64,000 bases of DNA from Flaccisagitta enflata. Its lineage: Eukaryota. The notes beneath the pieces were generated by a model, which searched no databases, was not told the DNA's origin, and worked only from the letters and a program-made list of their open reading frames with translations. The stretch spans positions 2,728,001-2,792,000 of the forward strand of contig OZ231126.1 in assembly GCA_965153355.1 (NCBI GenBank). The letters are read 5' to 3'. The position numbers and the translations under genes were made by a program. Below are positions 30,969-44,000 of this stretch, piece after piece (positions within the stretch are counted from its first letter, which is position 1; each line of letters begins with the position of its first letter).

Positions 30969-32043
30969 ATGATGTTGGGCGGACAGACAAAATGAGTGAC
31001 TGATTGAGCTAGAGACACAGAGACATGACACGCGGCGTTATTTGTACAAACTTGTTCACTATTCAGTCAGACTCAAGCATATTTGCCGCCTTTATAAAAT
31101 GATGAAGAATCAAAATCACAAGCTTCTAGTCACCGTCTTTTTCAATCTGTGTCAAAACGAAAGCCTGAAGAGTTTGGGATGGACAGATACACTTTTTGGT
31201 TGAAGCAATGCTGAAAATAATTTGACACAAGTTGCAACAAACGGAGAAGCGAGATGACGAAAAGAAATCGTGATTCACAGCGATTGAAGTCAAACCGAAG
31301 GTGGCATACTGCTTGGGAGGAACCCTAAAAAAAGAGAATTGCTAAATTCCACAGACTTCAGTTTTAACAAACAAGGGTGGATACACGGCTGCCCCAGTTG
31401 CTTAAGAGCGGGCAGGGACACTGATAGAAAAGGTCACAAGGGCATTTGGGCTGGAACAGTGAGCTCAAAAAGCTCAAGAATGCCGATAAATTAGAAAGGG
31501 GAACAACTGTTCAAGACGAATAACCAACCAACGGACAGATGGACTGAAAGACAGATGGACGGACAGACAGATGGACACAGTGGGGTGTAGAGTTGTGTAG
31601 CATGCGACTAGAAATACCTTCTGAGCCACGTTTAAGCCTGTGCTCCTACTAAATTAGGCTTATTAAACATATTTTCGCTCACCGGAAGTGACGCGCCACA
31701 TTTTGACGTCATCTTTTGGCCATTTACTGTAGTCAAAAAGTTTTTTTGGTGCAAAATTTGGATTCTACACTGAAATCTATATCACTTAGGGTTGTCTGCT
31801 AAGATTTTCTCTTCAAGAGAAGAAGCTAATTCATGTATAAAAGTGGATTTTATAAGAAATCTTGAAAACAATTTGGTCAATATGTTCTGGTTTGTAGTCC
31901 TGGACGCATTATTTTTTCCGTTGATAGGATATCAAAAGTTAAGGACTTCTTATGATTTTTATATCATTACAACACATCTGGTCATCATTTAAGCCGGTGG
32001 TTGAGGAGTTTGTACCATTTTTAGATATTTTCCCGACGTCTAA
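29227..32043. mobile_element. Non-autonomous DNA transposon with ~360-bp TIRs and nested HINEs
   Basis: 29227-29588 is the inverted copy of 31681-32043 (ttagacgtcgggaaaatatc / gatattttcccgacgtctaa). HINEs at 29993-30189, ~30413-30880 and 31369-31613. Confidence 0.8.
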
Positions 32044-32671
32044 GTGTGTATTGTGTAGCCTAAAAAAGTCAAAATTGAACTTCGTCTGGCAAAAATGTTT
32101 TTCTTTCGCAAAAATGCTTTCAAATGAGCCATTGCGCATTTTTCAAATCAATCAGGAACCATCTTTAGGGGGGCTTTAGATCTTGAAGAAAGAGACAAAA
32201 TCTGTATAAAATAAAAATAGATTCTAATGATGATTCAATGCAAACTTCAATCTCATCTAAATTGATTAGAAAGTTGTGCAATGGCTCATTTGAAAGAAAA
32301 ACATTTATGCTAGGTGAAGTACAATTTAGGCTTTCCCAGGCACTCTGACAGACGTAGTGTCTACAAGGTCATGAAGCTACAATTATACAAACTAAGATCA
32401 TTAACAAAAAAGAACATTAAGTAAAGACCTATTCACAATGTCACCGACAGAATTTGGCACTAATTCAAGACAGCTTGTTTCTAGCTAGAAAATGCAAGAT
32501 TATGTCAGGGCAGCCTTTCGACACATTTTGATTAGCTGCTAGATCTCTGCATTACGGCCTCGCAACAAACTCCTTTAAACAAGCCTTGTTTTCTGTATAA
32601 GTGAGGCCTCAGCGCGATACTTCAACCGATAATTGAAAGACTTGATATTCACGGTCCCCCCCCCCAAAAAA

Positions 32672-33047
32672 AACAAGGTCAACAAACCTTAGTCGCGTGG
32701 TAATAAAGGTAATATAGGTAATAAAGGTAATAAAGGTAATAGGGTAATGAATTAGAATAAAGTACTTAAATTACCTTTAAGTACCCTAATGTACCTAATG
32801 TACCCTAAAGTACCCTAAAATACCCTAAAATACTTAAAGTACCCCATAGTACCTTTAATACCTATAGTACCCTTAAGTACCCTAAAGTACCCTAAAGCAC
32901 CTTTAAGTACTCTAAAGTACCCTTAAGTACCTTTAAAATGAAGACAAAAGCTATATTTCAAAAATGTGACGGACCGACGGACCAACCGACCAACAGACCG
33001 ACCAACCGACATGGCGGCTTCTAGAGTCGCGTTCACGCGACTAAAAA
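32672..33047 (-). mobile_element. HINE element with 10-bp taccctaaag repeats
   Basis: Reverse-strand ttttagtcgcgtgaacgcgact start and cacgcgact...gaccttgtt end. Confidence 0.75.
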
Positions 33048-33483
33048 TCACAACATAAAAAACCCTATTGAAATCATTGACCATTGGAAAGAGCTTGAAA
33101 AAAATTTCAAAATGGCGACGAGCAGAGCTCAGTAGCTCAATTCGTTTAGATTTTAGAGCTAAAAAAGTGATAACTTCCACCTCAACAAAAAGCAGAAAGT
33201 ATGCAAAAAAGTGAGGGGAAAAAATTGATCTGTTTATTTTCAATTTTTCTTGGCTTATCATGATATAATCATATAAAAATTGGTGAAAGAGCTTCAAAAA
33301 ATCTGCCCAATGCTGAGCAGAATTTTCTTGTTTAAACCATTTATATTTCATATCAAAATGAATATAAAAATTGTTAAAAAAATCAAACTTGTTGTACAAA
33401 ATTGTTCAAAAATCCTTCTTCTATGTCTACCCAAATGATTACAAATAATTTTTGGTACTAAACCGTCAGAGGTTTTTCTATTT

Positions 33484-34444
33484 CTACAGTATGATTTTTT
33501 TCAAATGACACAAAAGATGACGACAAAAATCCTAAACGAATCAACATAATCAAATTTTGAAAAAAAGCCTGAAAGAGAAGGTTAGTGCATTTATTCATGC
33601 CAAATTTCAGCATTCCAACTCAAGTAGTTTAGCCTCAATCGTTTTTTTAAGTCAAACTATGAATCATCCGAAATAACTTTTTTTTAACTATGGCAAAAGA
33701 AAAAAAGTGAACTACTTGTTTGTCAGTGTTTAACATCCAAGCAATGAGAAAAACATAGCAAAATCTATGACCATTTTGAAGCTCTTCGAAAGATCTTTCA
33801 AATGAGACCTTGCTGGATATCATAGCTCTATCCGTTTAGAAATGGCATCAGAATGAAGACTAGGTAGTCAAAAATGCGGAATTTCACAACGTGATTTTCA
33901 TGGGTTATCTTTATTCTAACTTAAAAATCATTTTAAAGAAAATTTGAAGCTCTTTAAATTGCTCATGGATAACAAGTAGCTGAGACAATCCTGAGCTGCA
34001 TCATCGAAAAAAACGAAAAGACAAAAATTACTCATTGGAAAAAAATTGAAATGATCATTTTTTTCAATCAGTGATTTTTTTTCTTCAAACCTTTGTCATT
34101 TCTAAACGAATTAAGCTACAATTACCAGCAACGTCGCGTTTGGAAGAATTTTTGCAGAGCTTTCAAACGGTCATGGATTTTCTATGGTTCAGGTCCTTGG
34201 TTAAGCCAAAATTAGCAAAACAAAGTGTTTGCCTTTTTTCTTTGCCATAGGAGTAAAAAGAAATTGATATCTTCAGTTTAAATGTAAATTGAAGCTAAAC
34301 TACTTGAGACGGAATGCTGAAATTTGGCATGAATAAATGCACTAACCTACTCTTTCAGGCGTTTTTTTCAGAATTTGATTATGTTGATTCGCTTAGGATT
34401 TATGTCGTCATCTTTTGTGTCATTTGAAAAAAATCATACTGTAG
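33484..34444. mobile_element. ~960-bp foldback element
   Basis: ctacagtatgattttttt...gccaaatttcagcattcc is mirrored by ggaatgctgaaatttggc...aaaaaatcatactgtag. Confidence 0.8.
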
Positions 34445-35831
34445 CTCAAAGAAAAGGGGGGTCAAAAGGGCGAGTCCCCTGAAGTCCATCAAGTTGGGTC
34501 TTAAAATGTGCGCAACATCTTGGGGAACACTAATCCAGATTTGTTATACACAGTTTCAGGTGCTAGTTCGAATGTCTCCAAAAAAAGTGCCCAAAATGGC
34601 CAAAATTAGCTATTTTTTACCGTTTTTGGCCCTTAAACCTATCTTAAACTTGGAGTAGAGCCATGAAATTTTGAACACACATGTAATAGACCCTAATTTA
34701 GTTGTATGTAAAAAATTTTGAACCTCGGATAATTTCTAGGTACCTAAATATGGAAAAAACGTGTTTTTCGCAAATTTTGAAAAGAAAAAAAAATCGTTAC
34801 CCCCCCTAAAGCTCACCAATTTAGACAAAATTTTTACTGAAGATACTTCACATTATGAAGTACCTCCATGCAAAATTTCATCAAAATCGGAGCACTTTAA
34901 GTACCCAAATTTGTCATCGAAAATCAAAAAATGGAAAAAAATGACTTAAAAAATTGTCTTTTGGCTGGAGACAGGGCCATGCTATGGCAGGGACGTATGA
35001 ACCAAGGGCCAAAATTCCTTTTAGTGACTGTTTTTGATGCCCAAAAAAAATGTCATGACCCTGAGAGCATTTTTTGGGTGTCAAATAACACTTTTGTGGA
35101 GACCGTCACACCCAAAATTGCAAAATTTGACGATTTTTGGCCTTTTTTCAAGTTAAAACCTATAGAAAAGTTGAAATATGGGCCAAATATTTTGCACGGA
35201 CATATAGTAGACCTTAAAAAAGATTCACGGAAAAAAATTCAAAAAAAAAAAAATTTCTAGATGCCTAAATTAGGAAAAATCTGGTTTTTCGCGATTTTTT
35301 TAATGAAAACAAATGTCGTTACCCCCCTTAAAGTTCACCGATTTGGGCAAAATTTTTACTGAAGATACTTCACGTTATGAAGTACCTCCATGCAAAATTT
35401 CATCAAAATCGGAGCACTTTAAGTACCCAAAACTGTCATCGAAAATCAAAAAATGGAAAAAAATGACTTAAAAAATTGTCTTTTGGCTGGAGACATGGCC
35501 ATGCTATGGCCAAGCCCGGGCGATTTTGCATTTTCTTTAACAATACAATACACTATACAATTTTTCAAAGTATTGGGCCAATACAATACAATACCAATAC
35601 AATACAATATTGTTAAGAATTGTACCCAATATGTAACAATATTTTAATTCACTTAATAAAAAATCTTTGTTGAATTTTAAATAAATAGTTGAAGCTTTAA
35701 CTCATTTTTTATATGCTTGATCAAAAAAGAATTTTTGATTATTTTTTTAATATTCATATATCTATCAATATCTTTTTTCATATATCTTTTATCTTTGCTT
35801 CTTTAGGTAAGTCTCTTTGTCTGTGTTTGTC

Positions 35832-36074
<243 letters not shown>

Positions 36075-36738
36075 GGGCAGCGGCCCCGAAGGGGCCGATG
36101 ACCTATGCTTTCACATATGCAGAAATTTTTCCTTCTCCTCCTCCATCTTCTTCGTCCCCCCCCCCCCTTGGAGACCATATTCCAGCTCAGATCCCAGCCT
36201 CGAGGCTCAAAGCCTAGGTTTGAGGCTCAAATCCCAGGCTCAAGGCTCAAATCCCAGGCTCGATGCTCAAATCCCAGGCTCTAGGCTCAAATCCCAGCCT
36301 CGAGGCTCAAATCCCAGCCTCGAGGCTCAAATCCCAGCCTCGAGGCTCAAATCCCAGCCTCGAGGCTCAAATCCCAGCCGCGAGGCTCAAATCCCAGCCT
36401 CTAGGCTCAAATCCCAGCCTCGAGGCTCAAATCCCAGCCTCGAGGCTCAAATTCCAGCCTCGAGGCTAAAATAGGAAAAATCTGGTTTTCGCGATTTTTT
36501 TAATGAAAACAAATGTTGTTACCCCCCTTAAAGTTCACCGATTTGGACAAAGTTTTTACTGAAGATACTTCACATTATGGATTACTTTCATGTAAGTTTC
36601 ATCCAAGTTGGAGCACTTTACGTACCAATAATTGTCTTCGAAAATAAAAAAATTGGGAAAAACTAATTGAAAAATCATCTTTTTGTCTGAGACATTGCCA
36701 TATTATGGCAGGGATGTATGAACCATGGGCCCAGATTC

Positions 36739-37652
36739 CTTTTTGGGCAGCGGCCCCAAAGGGCCGATGTCCTGTAGGACACAGGGGTGAATTTCCTTAC
36801 GTCCGTCCGTACGTACGTACGTTGTCCGTCCGTACGTCCGTCCGTACATCCCCCCCTCCGAAGCTTCTTAAGCCTCTCAGGCCTCAAATCCAGCCTCTCA
36901 GGCCTCAAATCTGGCCTCTCAGGCCTCAAATCTGGCCTCTCAGGCCTCAAATCTAGCCTTTCAGGCCTCAAACTCAGCCTCTTAGGCCTCAAATCCAGCC
37001 TCTCAGGCCTCAAATCTGGCCTCTCAGGCCTCAAATCTGGCCTCTCAGGCCTCAAATCTGGCCTCTCAGGCCTCAAATCCAGCCTTTCAGGCCTCAAATC
37101 CAGCCTCTCAGGCCTCAAATCCAGCCTCTCAGGCCTCAAATCTGGCCTTTCAGGCCTCAAATCTAGCCTTTCAGGCCTCAAATCTAGCCTTTCAGGCCTC
37201 AAACCCAGCCTCTCAGGCCTCAAATCCAGCCTCTCAGGCCTCAAATCTGGCCTCTCAGGCCTCAAATCTGGCCTCTCAGGCCTCAAATCCAGCCTTTCAG
37301 GCCTCAAATCCAGCCTCACAGGCCTCAAATCCCACCTCTCAAGCCTCAAATCCAGCCTCTTGGGCCTCAAATCCAGCCTCTTGGGCCTTAAACCCAGCCT
37401 CTCATGCCTCAAACTCCCATTGAATAACATGGCAAATTGACAAAAAATTGAAAAAAATGCAAAATTCCCAATGAATATCACGGAAAATTACCCCAAATAT
37501 GCCCTCTCAGGACGTATGGAAATTCACCCCTGTGTCCTACAGGACATCGGCCCTTTGGGGCCGCTGCCCTGCTCTCACTCCACTTCTTCAGCTAATCACT
37601 CCAAGCAGGGCATTGGGTACCGCTGACCATGTGCGATCCTTGGATGACTTGT
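36739..37652 (+). mobile_element. HINE-like family B element with a 21-bp ggcctcaaatccagcctctca array
   Basis: ttttgggcagcggcccc start; gggtaccgctgaccatgtgcgatccttggatgacttgtt end. Confidence 0.75.
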
Positions 37653-39645
37653 TGGGATTGTTCTTGATGCCCCCCAAAAATTTCATGACCCTGAAAGCAA
37701 TTTTTGGTGTTATATAACAATTTTTTGAAGACCATTGGACCCAAAATCAGTCTTCAAAAAATTGTTATTTGACACCCAAAAAATGCTCTCAAGGTCATGA
37801 AATTTTTTGGGGGCATCAACAACAGTCCCTAAAAATAATTTTGGCCTTTGGTTCATACGTCCCTGCCATAACACGGCAATGTCTCTGGCCAAAAGACAAT
37901 TTTCAGGTCATTTTTTTTCCATTTTTTGATTTTTGAAGACAATTTTGGGTACTTAAAGTGCTTCGATTTTGATGAAATTTTTCATGGAGGTACTTCATAA
38001 TGTGAAGTATCTTCAGTAAAAATTTTTTCCAAATCGTGGGTGTAATGACGTTTGTTTTCATTTAAAAAATCGCAAAAAAACAGATTTTTTGTAATTTAGG
38101 TATCTAGAAATTTCTGTTACCAAATTTTTTTTTCATGAATCTTTATTAAGGTCTACTCTATGTCCATGCAAAATATTTGGCCCATATTTCAACTTTTCTA
38201 TAGGTTTTAACTTGAAAAAAGGCCAAAAATCGTCAAATTTCGCAATTTTGGGTGTGACGGTCTCCAAAAAAGTGTTATTTGACACCCAAAAAATGCTCTC
38301 AGGGTCATGAGATTTTTTTTTGTCATCAACAACAGTCACTAAAAGGAATTTTGGCCCTTGGTTCATACGTCCCTGCCATAGCATGGCCATGTCTCCCGCC
38401 AAAAGACGATTTTCGAAGTCATTTTTTACCATTTTTTGATTTTTGAAGACAATTTTGGGTACTTAAAGTGCTTCGATTTTGATGAAATTTTTCATGGAGG
38501 TACTTCATAATGTGAAGTATCTCCAGTAAAAATTTTGTCCAAATCGTGGGTGTAATGACGTTTTTTTTCATTTAAAAAATCGCAAAAAAACAGATTTTTC
38601 GTAATTTAGGTATCTAGAAATTTCTGTTACCAAATTTTTTTTTCATGAATCTAAATTAAGGTCTACTCTATGTCCATGCAAAATATTTGGCCCATACTCC
38701 ATGTTTAAGATAGGTTTAAGGGCCAAAAATGGTCAAAAATGGCCAATTTTGGCCATTTTGGGCACTTTTTTTGGAGACATTCGGGGGACTCGCCCTTTTT
38801 ATGAAGCCCTACAGAGAGAAAAACCTCTGACGGTAAAAAGGCCTAAACTAATCCTTTTTACAGGAAAATTAAATCTAGCACAAGAAATAACAGCAATAGA
38901 TATTGGCCAAGATGGTATTCAAGGTATTCAAGGAGTATTTGGGCAAGAACAGTGAGGCCCTTGTAAAAGTAACAGCAGTCCAAAGGCAGCATATGATGAG
39001 CGGTACTCATGCACTGCTTGAATCGCATCTGTTCCGCATCAATTATGGTCTGCTGCTCAATTTTAACCTTTATCTCTCCATTTGCATGACGCCTCTCAAT
39101 GCAAATAACCCTAGTGTTTGGCTCTAGATTACGATGTCATGGCCAAACATTAATGCCACAATCAAAGTTGATATAACCAAAACAAGAAACTCAAGGTCAA
39201 AAGTTCAAGTTAGGGAAGGGATAGGAAACAGATGAATGTATGTATGGATGGATAAATAATTTCATGGTTCACCGTACACAGACAAGGAAAGGAGCTAACT
39301 GAAGTGGAGATGATGACCGTGGGCTGAAAGCATTGATCATTAATTGCGTTGGGGCTGTGGCTCAAAAAAGATTCAGGATAAGTTACTATCTGGGCAAATG
39401 TTTTGGTTCCTTTTGTATGTTAGACTTATCGAGTTTGAGGTTCCAAAAAAAATTCTCAGAAATATAACAATTTCAGAATCAGTTAAAGAAAAGAAGCTTA
39501 AAGTAAAAAGGTATCAAAAAGTGTGACATCAATGTAACAGTTTGTGGATATAATTCATATTTTCAACGCGCGGATTTCAGAAAGAAACCTTTTCTTGCAT
39601 ACATTTGAGATGAAGGAGAATTCATCGAGCTTTTAAGTGTGATAC

Positions 39646-40676
39646 TCAGGTTTCAAAAGGAAACTCAAAGATAAGCATGTGATCAGGGTGCGTGCTCGAC
39701 CATGTATCAACAAACCCTCCGACACAAATCACAGACACGGCAGTTTCATTCCTCACTTCAAAGCACTGATGCTTTTTCAGTCCTCCTCCACTTCCGCTAA
39801 ACTGAGTTGGAAGTGGCGCTTCTTCATTCCATTCAGATTTGACGACGTCGTAAATCGCCGTTCGTTTGGAGATGTATGGATTTCTGCCAGGTTCCCCGCC
39901 AACGAGGAAGAGTTGAGAATGAGAGACTCGAGTGAGGGAATGAAGCCTCAATCCGTCTGGAATTCCCGAGTTTTTGATCTCGATCCACTCCATGCTTTCC
40001 ATGTTAAGCATGAAGAAATCACTGAAATATCCCCACTTGAACCCGCCATGTATGAATATGCGATGATCCAGTTGCGCGGCGGCGAAATGACGGCGAGGCG
40101 ATGGTCCGGCTCCTTTGGTGGTGGGTCGCGTCCAAGTATTCGTGTTTGTGTCAAACTTGAGTAGCTCGCTAGTGTAATCATATGACCCGTCTCCTCTCAC
40201 GGCCCAACCGCCAAAACAATAAAAATGTTTATTGTACGACCAAGCCTTATGCTCATCTCGAGGAGAGGGAATGTCGCCGTTTGGTTGAAGGCGCGAGAAT
40301 TCTCCGTTGGCGGAAAGAGTGGAGATGTCGTTGACACGCTTCCAGTTTCTATCTCTACCTCCGAAGATGTAGATTTTGCCGTTGATGGTTGTAGAAGCGG
40401 CATATGTGTTACCAGGATGAACATCGCCGGTTGCCTGCATCCGTTTCCATCCGCCGTCCGCGTTGCCGCTTTGACTGAGAGTGAAGGAGTAGACGAAGTT
40501 GGTGGGGAGATCGCGCCATCTCCTGTCTTCTTGCCTCTGTCTCCCGCCCCAGAGGAGGAGTTGATCATCGATGACGCCCCCGACGAAATAAACGCCGACT
40601 GGCCAACGGTTGGCGGATGCCCGGATGTCATTTTCAAATGTCGGCGGCGTGGAGATGAGGCGGCGATGGCGGACAT
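39646..40676 (-). CDS. Terminal exon: KLHDC1/KLHDC2-like Kelch beta-propeller
   Basis: Blades LLLWGG, IYIFGG, FYCFGG, IFIHGG, LFLVGG, ICVGG, plus PSPRD/PSPR motifs. ttcag acceptor at 40677 (phase 1). The frame is open upstream of the track's Met at 40440. Confidence 0.9.
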
Positions 40677-40682
40677 CTGAAT

Positions 40683-40755
<73 letters not shown>

Positions 40756-40823
40756 CAGAAAGAAAGCGATAAGATATCAGATAGGCTGACAAACAGACAA
40801 AAAGAGTTGAGAGAGAGAGAGAG

Positions 40824-40916
<93 letters not shown>

Positions 40917-40947
40917 AACAATCACAGACAGACATGTATAGTATAAA

Positions 40948-41013
<66 letters not shown>

Positions 41014-44000
41014 TTGTTTTGGCAAGGGTTGCTTAAAAATTCAGCCATATCTGAATATTTCATTAAAATTCAAAAAAGACAAAATCCATTTCTTTCCTTT
41101 GACTTACCACATGATGCACCACTCCATCCTGGAGGACATTGGCAGGAAAAAGAATTGAATCCATTTGTGCAGGTACCATTGTTTACGCAGGGATTGCTAC
41201 GACATTTGTCCAGATCTGTATCAATTATGGATAAAAGATCATGGCATCATTTTGAGCAATTTAATATGAGTACCATACAACAGTTGATTACTCGTACAAG
41301 TCCATTTCTTTCCTGGATTTACCTTTATCACATAATGTTCCACTCCATCCTTGAGCACATTGGCAGAAAAAAGAGTTTAATCCATCTGTGCAGTTTCCGT
41401 TGTTTTGACAGGGATTACTTTGACATTCATCCAAATCTGTATCATTTACATAAACATGTGAGATCATGACATCGTTTTTGAGCAAGTCAATATGAATATT
41501 GAAAATTGATTATTAGGACAAAATCCATTTCTTTCCTTTGACTTACCCTCAGCACATGATTCACCACTCCATCCTGGAGGACATTGGCAGGAAAAAGAAT
41601 TGAATCCATTTGTGCAGGTACCATTGTTTACGCAGGGATTGCTACGACATTTGTCCAGATCTGTATCAATTATGGATAAAAGATCGTGGCATCATTTTGA
41701 GCAATTTTATATGAGTACCATACAACAGTTGATTACTCGTACAAGTCCATTTCTTTCCTGGATTTACCTTTATCACATAATGTTCCACTCCATCCTTGAG
41801 CACATTGGCAGGAAAAAGAATCAAATCCATTTGTGCAGTTTCCGTTGTTTTGACAGGGATTACTGAGACATTCATCCAAATCTGTATCATTTACATAAAC
41901 ATGTGAGATCATGACATCATTTTTGAGCAAGTCAATATGAATATTGAAAATAAATTGTTAGGACGAAATACATTTCTTTTCTTTGTTTCACCTTCAGCAC
42001 ACGATGTTCCATTCCATCCTGGAGCACATTGACAGGAAAAAGAATTGACTCCATTTGTGCAATTTCCGTTGTTTTGACAGGGATTGCGTTGACATTCATC
42101 CACATCTGCATCATTTATATAAAAACAAGAAATTAATAAATCATTCCTGAGAATGTCAAGATCTAAATCAAATAACGATTGCTAAGTTCATTTCTTTTCT
42201 TTGATTTACCTTCAGCACACAATAATCCACTCCATCCCGGAACACATTGGCAGGAAAAAGAATTGAATCCATTTGTGCAGGTACCATTGTTTACGCATGG
42301 ATTGCTACGACATTTGTCCAAATCTGCATTGTTTATGGATGTAAGATCATGGCATCAATTTGAGCAATTTAACATGAGTATCAAACAACATTTGATAAGG
42401 CTCATACAAAGTTCATTTATTTTCTTTGATTCACCTTCATTACATGATGTGCCACTCCATCCTGGAGGACATTGGCAGGAAAAAGAATTGAATCCATTTT
42501 TGCAGGTACCATTGTTTAGGCAGGGGTTGCTACGGCACTTGTCAAGATCTGTATCATTTATGGATATAAGATCATGGCATCATTTTGAGCAATTTAACAG
42601 GAGCATCGAATAACAATGGATAGAACTTATGAATAAAAAGTTCATTTCTTTTCTTGATTTACCTTTATCACATAGTGTTCCACTCCATCCCGGAGCACAT
42701 CGGCAAGAAAAAGAACTAAATCCATCCGTGCAAATTCCGTTGTTTTGACAGGGATTTCTTCGGCAATCATCCGTAACTGGATTATAAGGAGTGAAAATTT
42801 CGCCAAGATTTAAACCAGGCTAGTTACGCGGTTGATCAGTGACGTGTCATGGGCTCATAGCTCATGGCCAGTATTTCAATGAATAAACGAAGAAATAATG
42901 AACTGATGGTCGGTAGGGGGGGGTTAAAGGCCTAAAATGGTTTTGAGTACTTATGCTTCCGCATACAGAAAAATGCCAACCTAAAAATCCTTATTTCTAG
43001 TTTTACTTATAATCCCTTACTTTTATTTCTATCTTTTTGGGTTTTTTTTTTTCTTTTTTACCTTTATCTTTTCATTTTCATTTTCATTTCTTTTTCTATT
43101 TCTTTATTTCTATTTTTGTTTCCATTTCTATTTTTTTTTTTTTATTCTTATCTTCTTTTTCATTTTCATTTTCATTTTTGGGCAGCGGCATTCACATATC
43201 TGGGGAATTTTTTCCTCCTCCTCCTCCTCCACCTTCGTCCACCTGTCCATCTGCCCCCCTCCATGGACGGAGGTGATGGAGGAGGAGGAGAAAGAGGAGA
43301 AAATTCTTCATATTTGTTAAAGCATAGGGCATCCCTCCCTCAACTTTAATCACAACCTACTTAGGCAGGGCACAGGTACTGCTGACCAGCAAATGCTTTT
43401 GCAACTCTCATTTTTTCCGTCTCTGTCTTCATTTTCATTTTCATTTTCATTTTCATTTTCATTTTCATTTTCATTTTCATTTTCATTTTCATTTTCATTC
43501 TCTTTTTTCCTGTTTAGTCGCAATCATGCTTTATTCATCTTTCCCCCCTCTGTCTGTCCGTCTATTGGTAGGTCCGTCCATAATCAGTAAGTAGGAAAGT
43601 GTAAAAATGTGCATTTCATTTGTTCCAACTCCCCTCGGCCCTCAGCAGCAATAATGCAACCCATTGTCACTTATTTTTCTTCCATTCATCATCTTTTTCT
43701 TTTTCTTGTTTTTTCATTTCTTTTTGTCATTCTTTTTGCTTTTCTTTATATTATTCTTTTCATTTTCGTTTTTCTTTTGTTTTTAGTTGCGGACACGCAA
43801 CTCTATAAGAGGCTTTGTCCGTCTGTCCGTTGGTCCATCCGATGGTCCGTTCGTGGTCATCGAATTGAAAAGTAGGAAAACGAGCGTTTTCGATACTTTC
43901 TGGGCAGCGGCTCCAGAGGGCCGATGTCCTGTAGGAACCGAGGGTGGATTTCCAGACGTCCGTCCATCCATCCATCCCTCCGTCCGTCCGCCCCCCCCCC

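Noticed and set aside
36675-37481. LRPERLD/SLSGLKS heptad-repeat ORFs
   Set aside because: 21-bp tandem array inside a non-autonomous element.
38864-38955. Possible small terminal exon GKLNLAQEITAIDIGQDG after a tttttacag acceptor
   Set aside because: Short, with no recognisable motif and no partner exon found.
40197-40680. Alternative-frame ORFs of 151-159 aa, and similar antisense ORFs over 53500-62000
   Set aside because: Shadows of the real Kelch, KDM2-like and LINE frames.
41108-42776. Regularly spaced repeats resembling a CRISPR array
   Set aside because: They are EGF exons with GT-AG introns. The window is eukaryotic and contains no cas genes.
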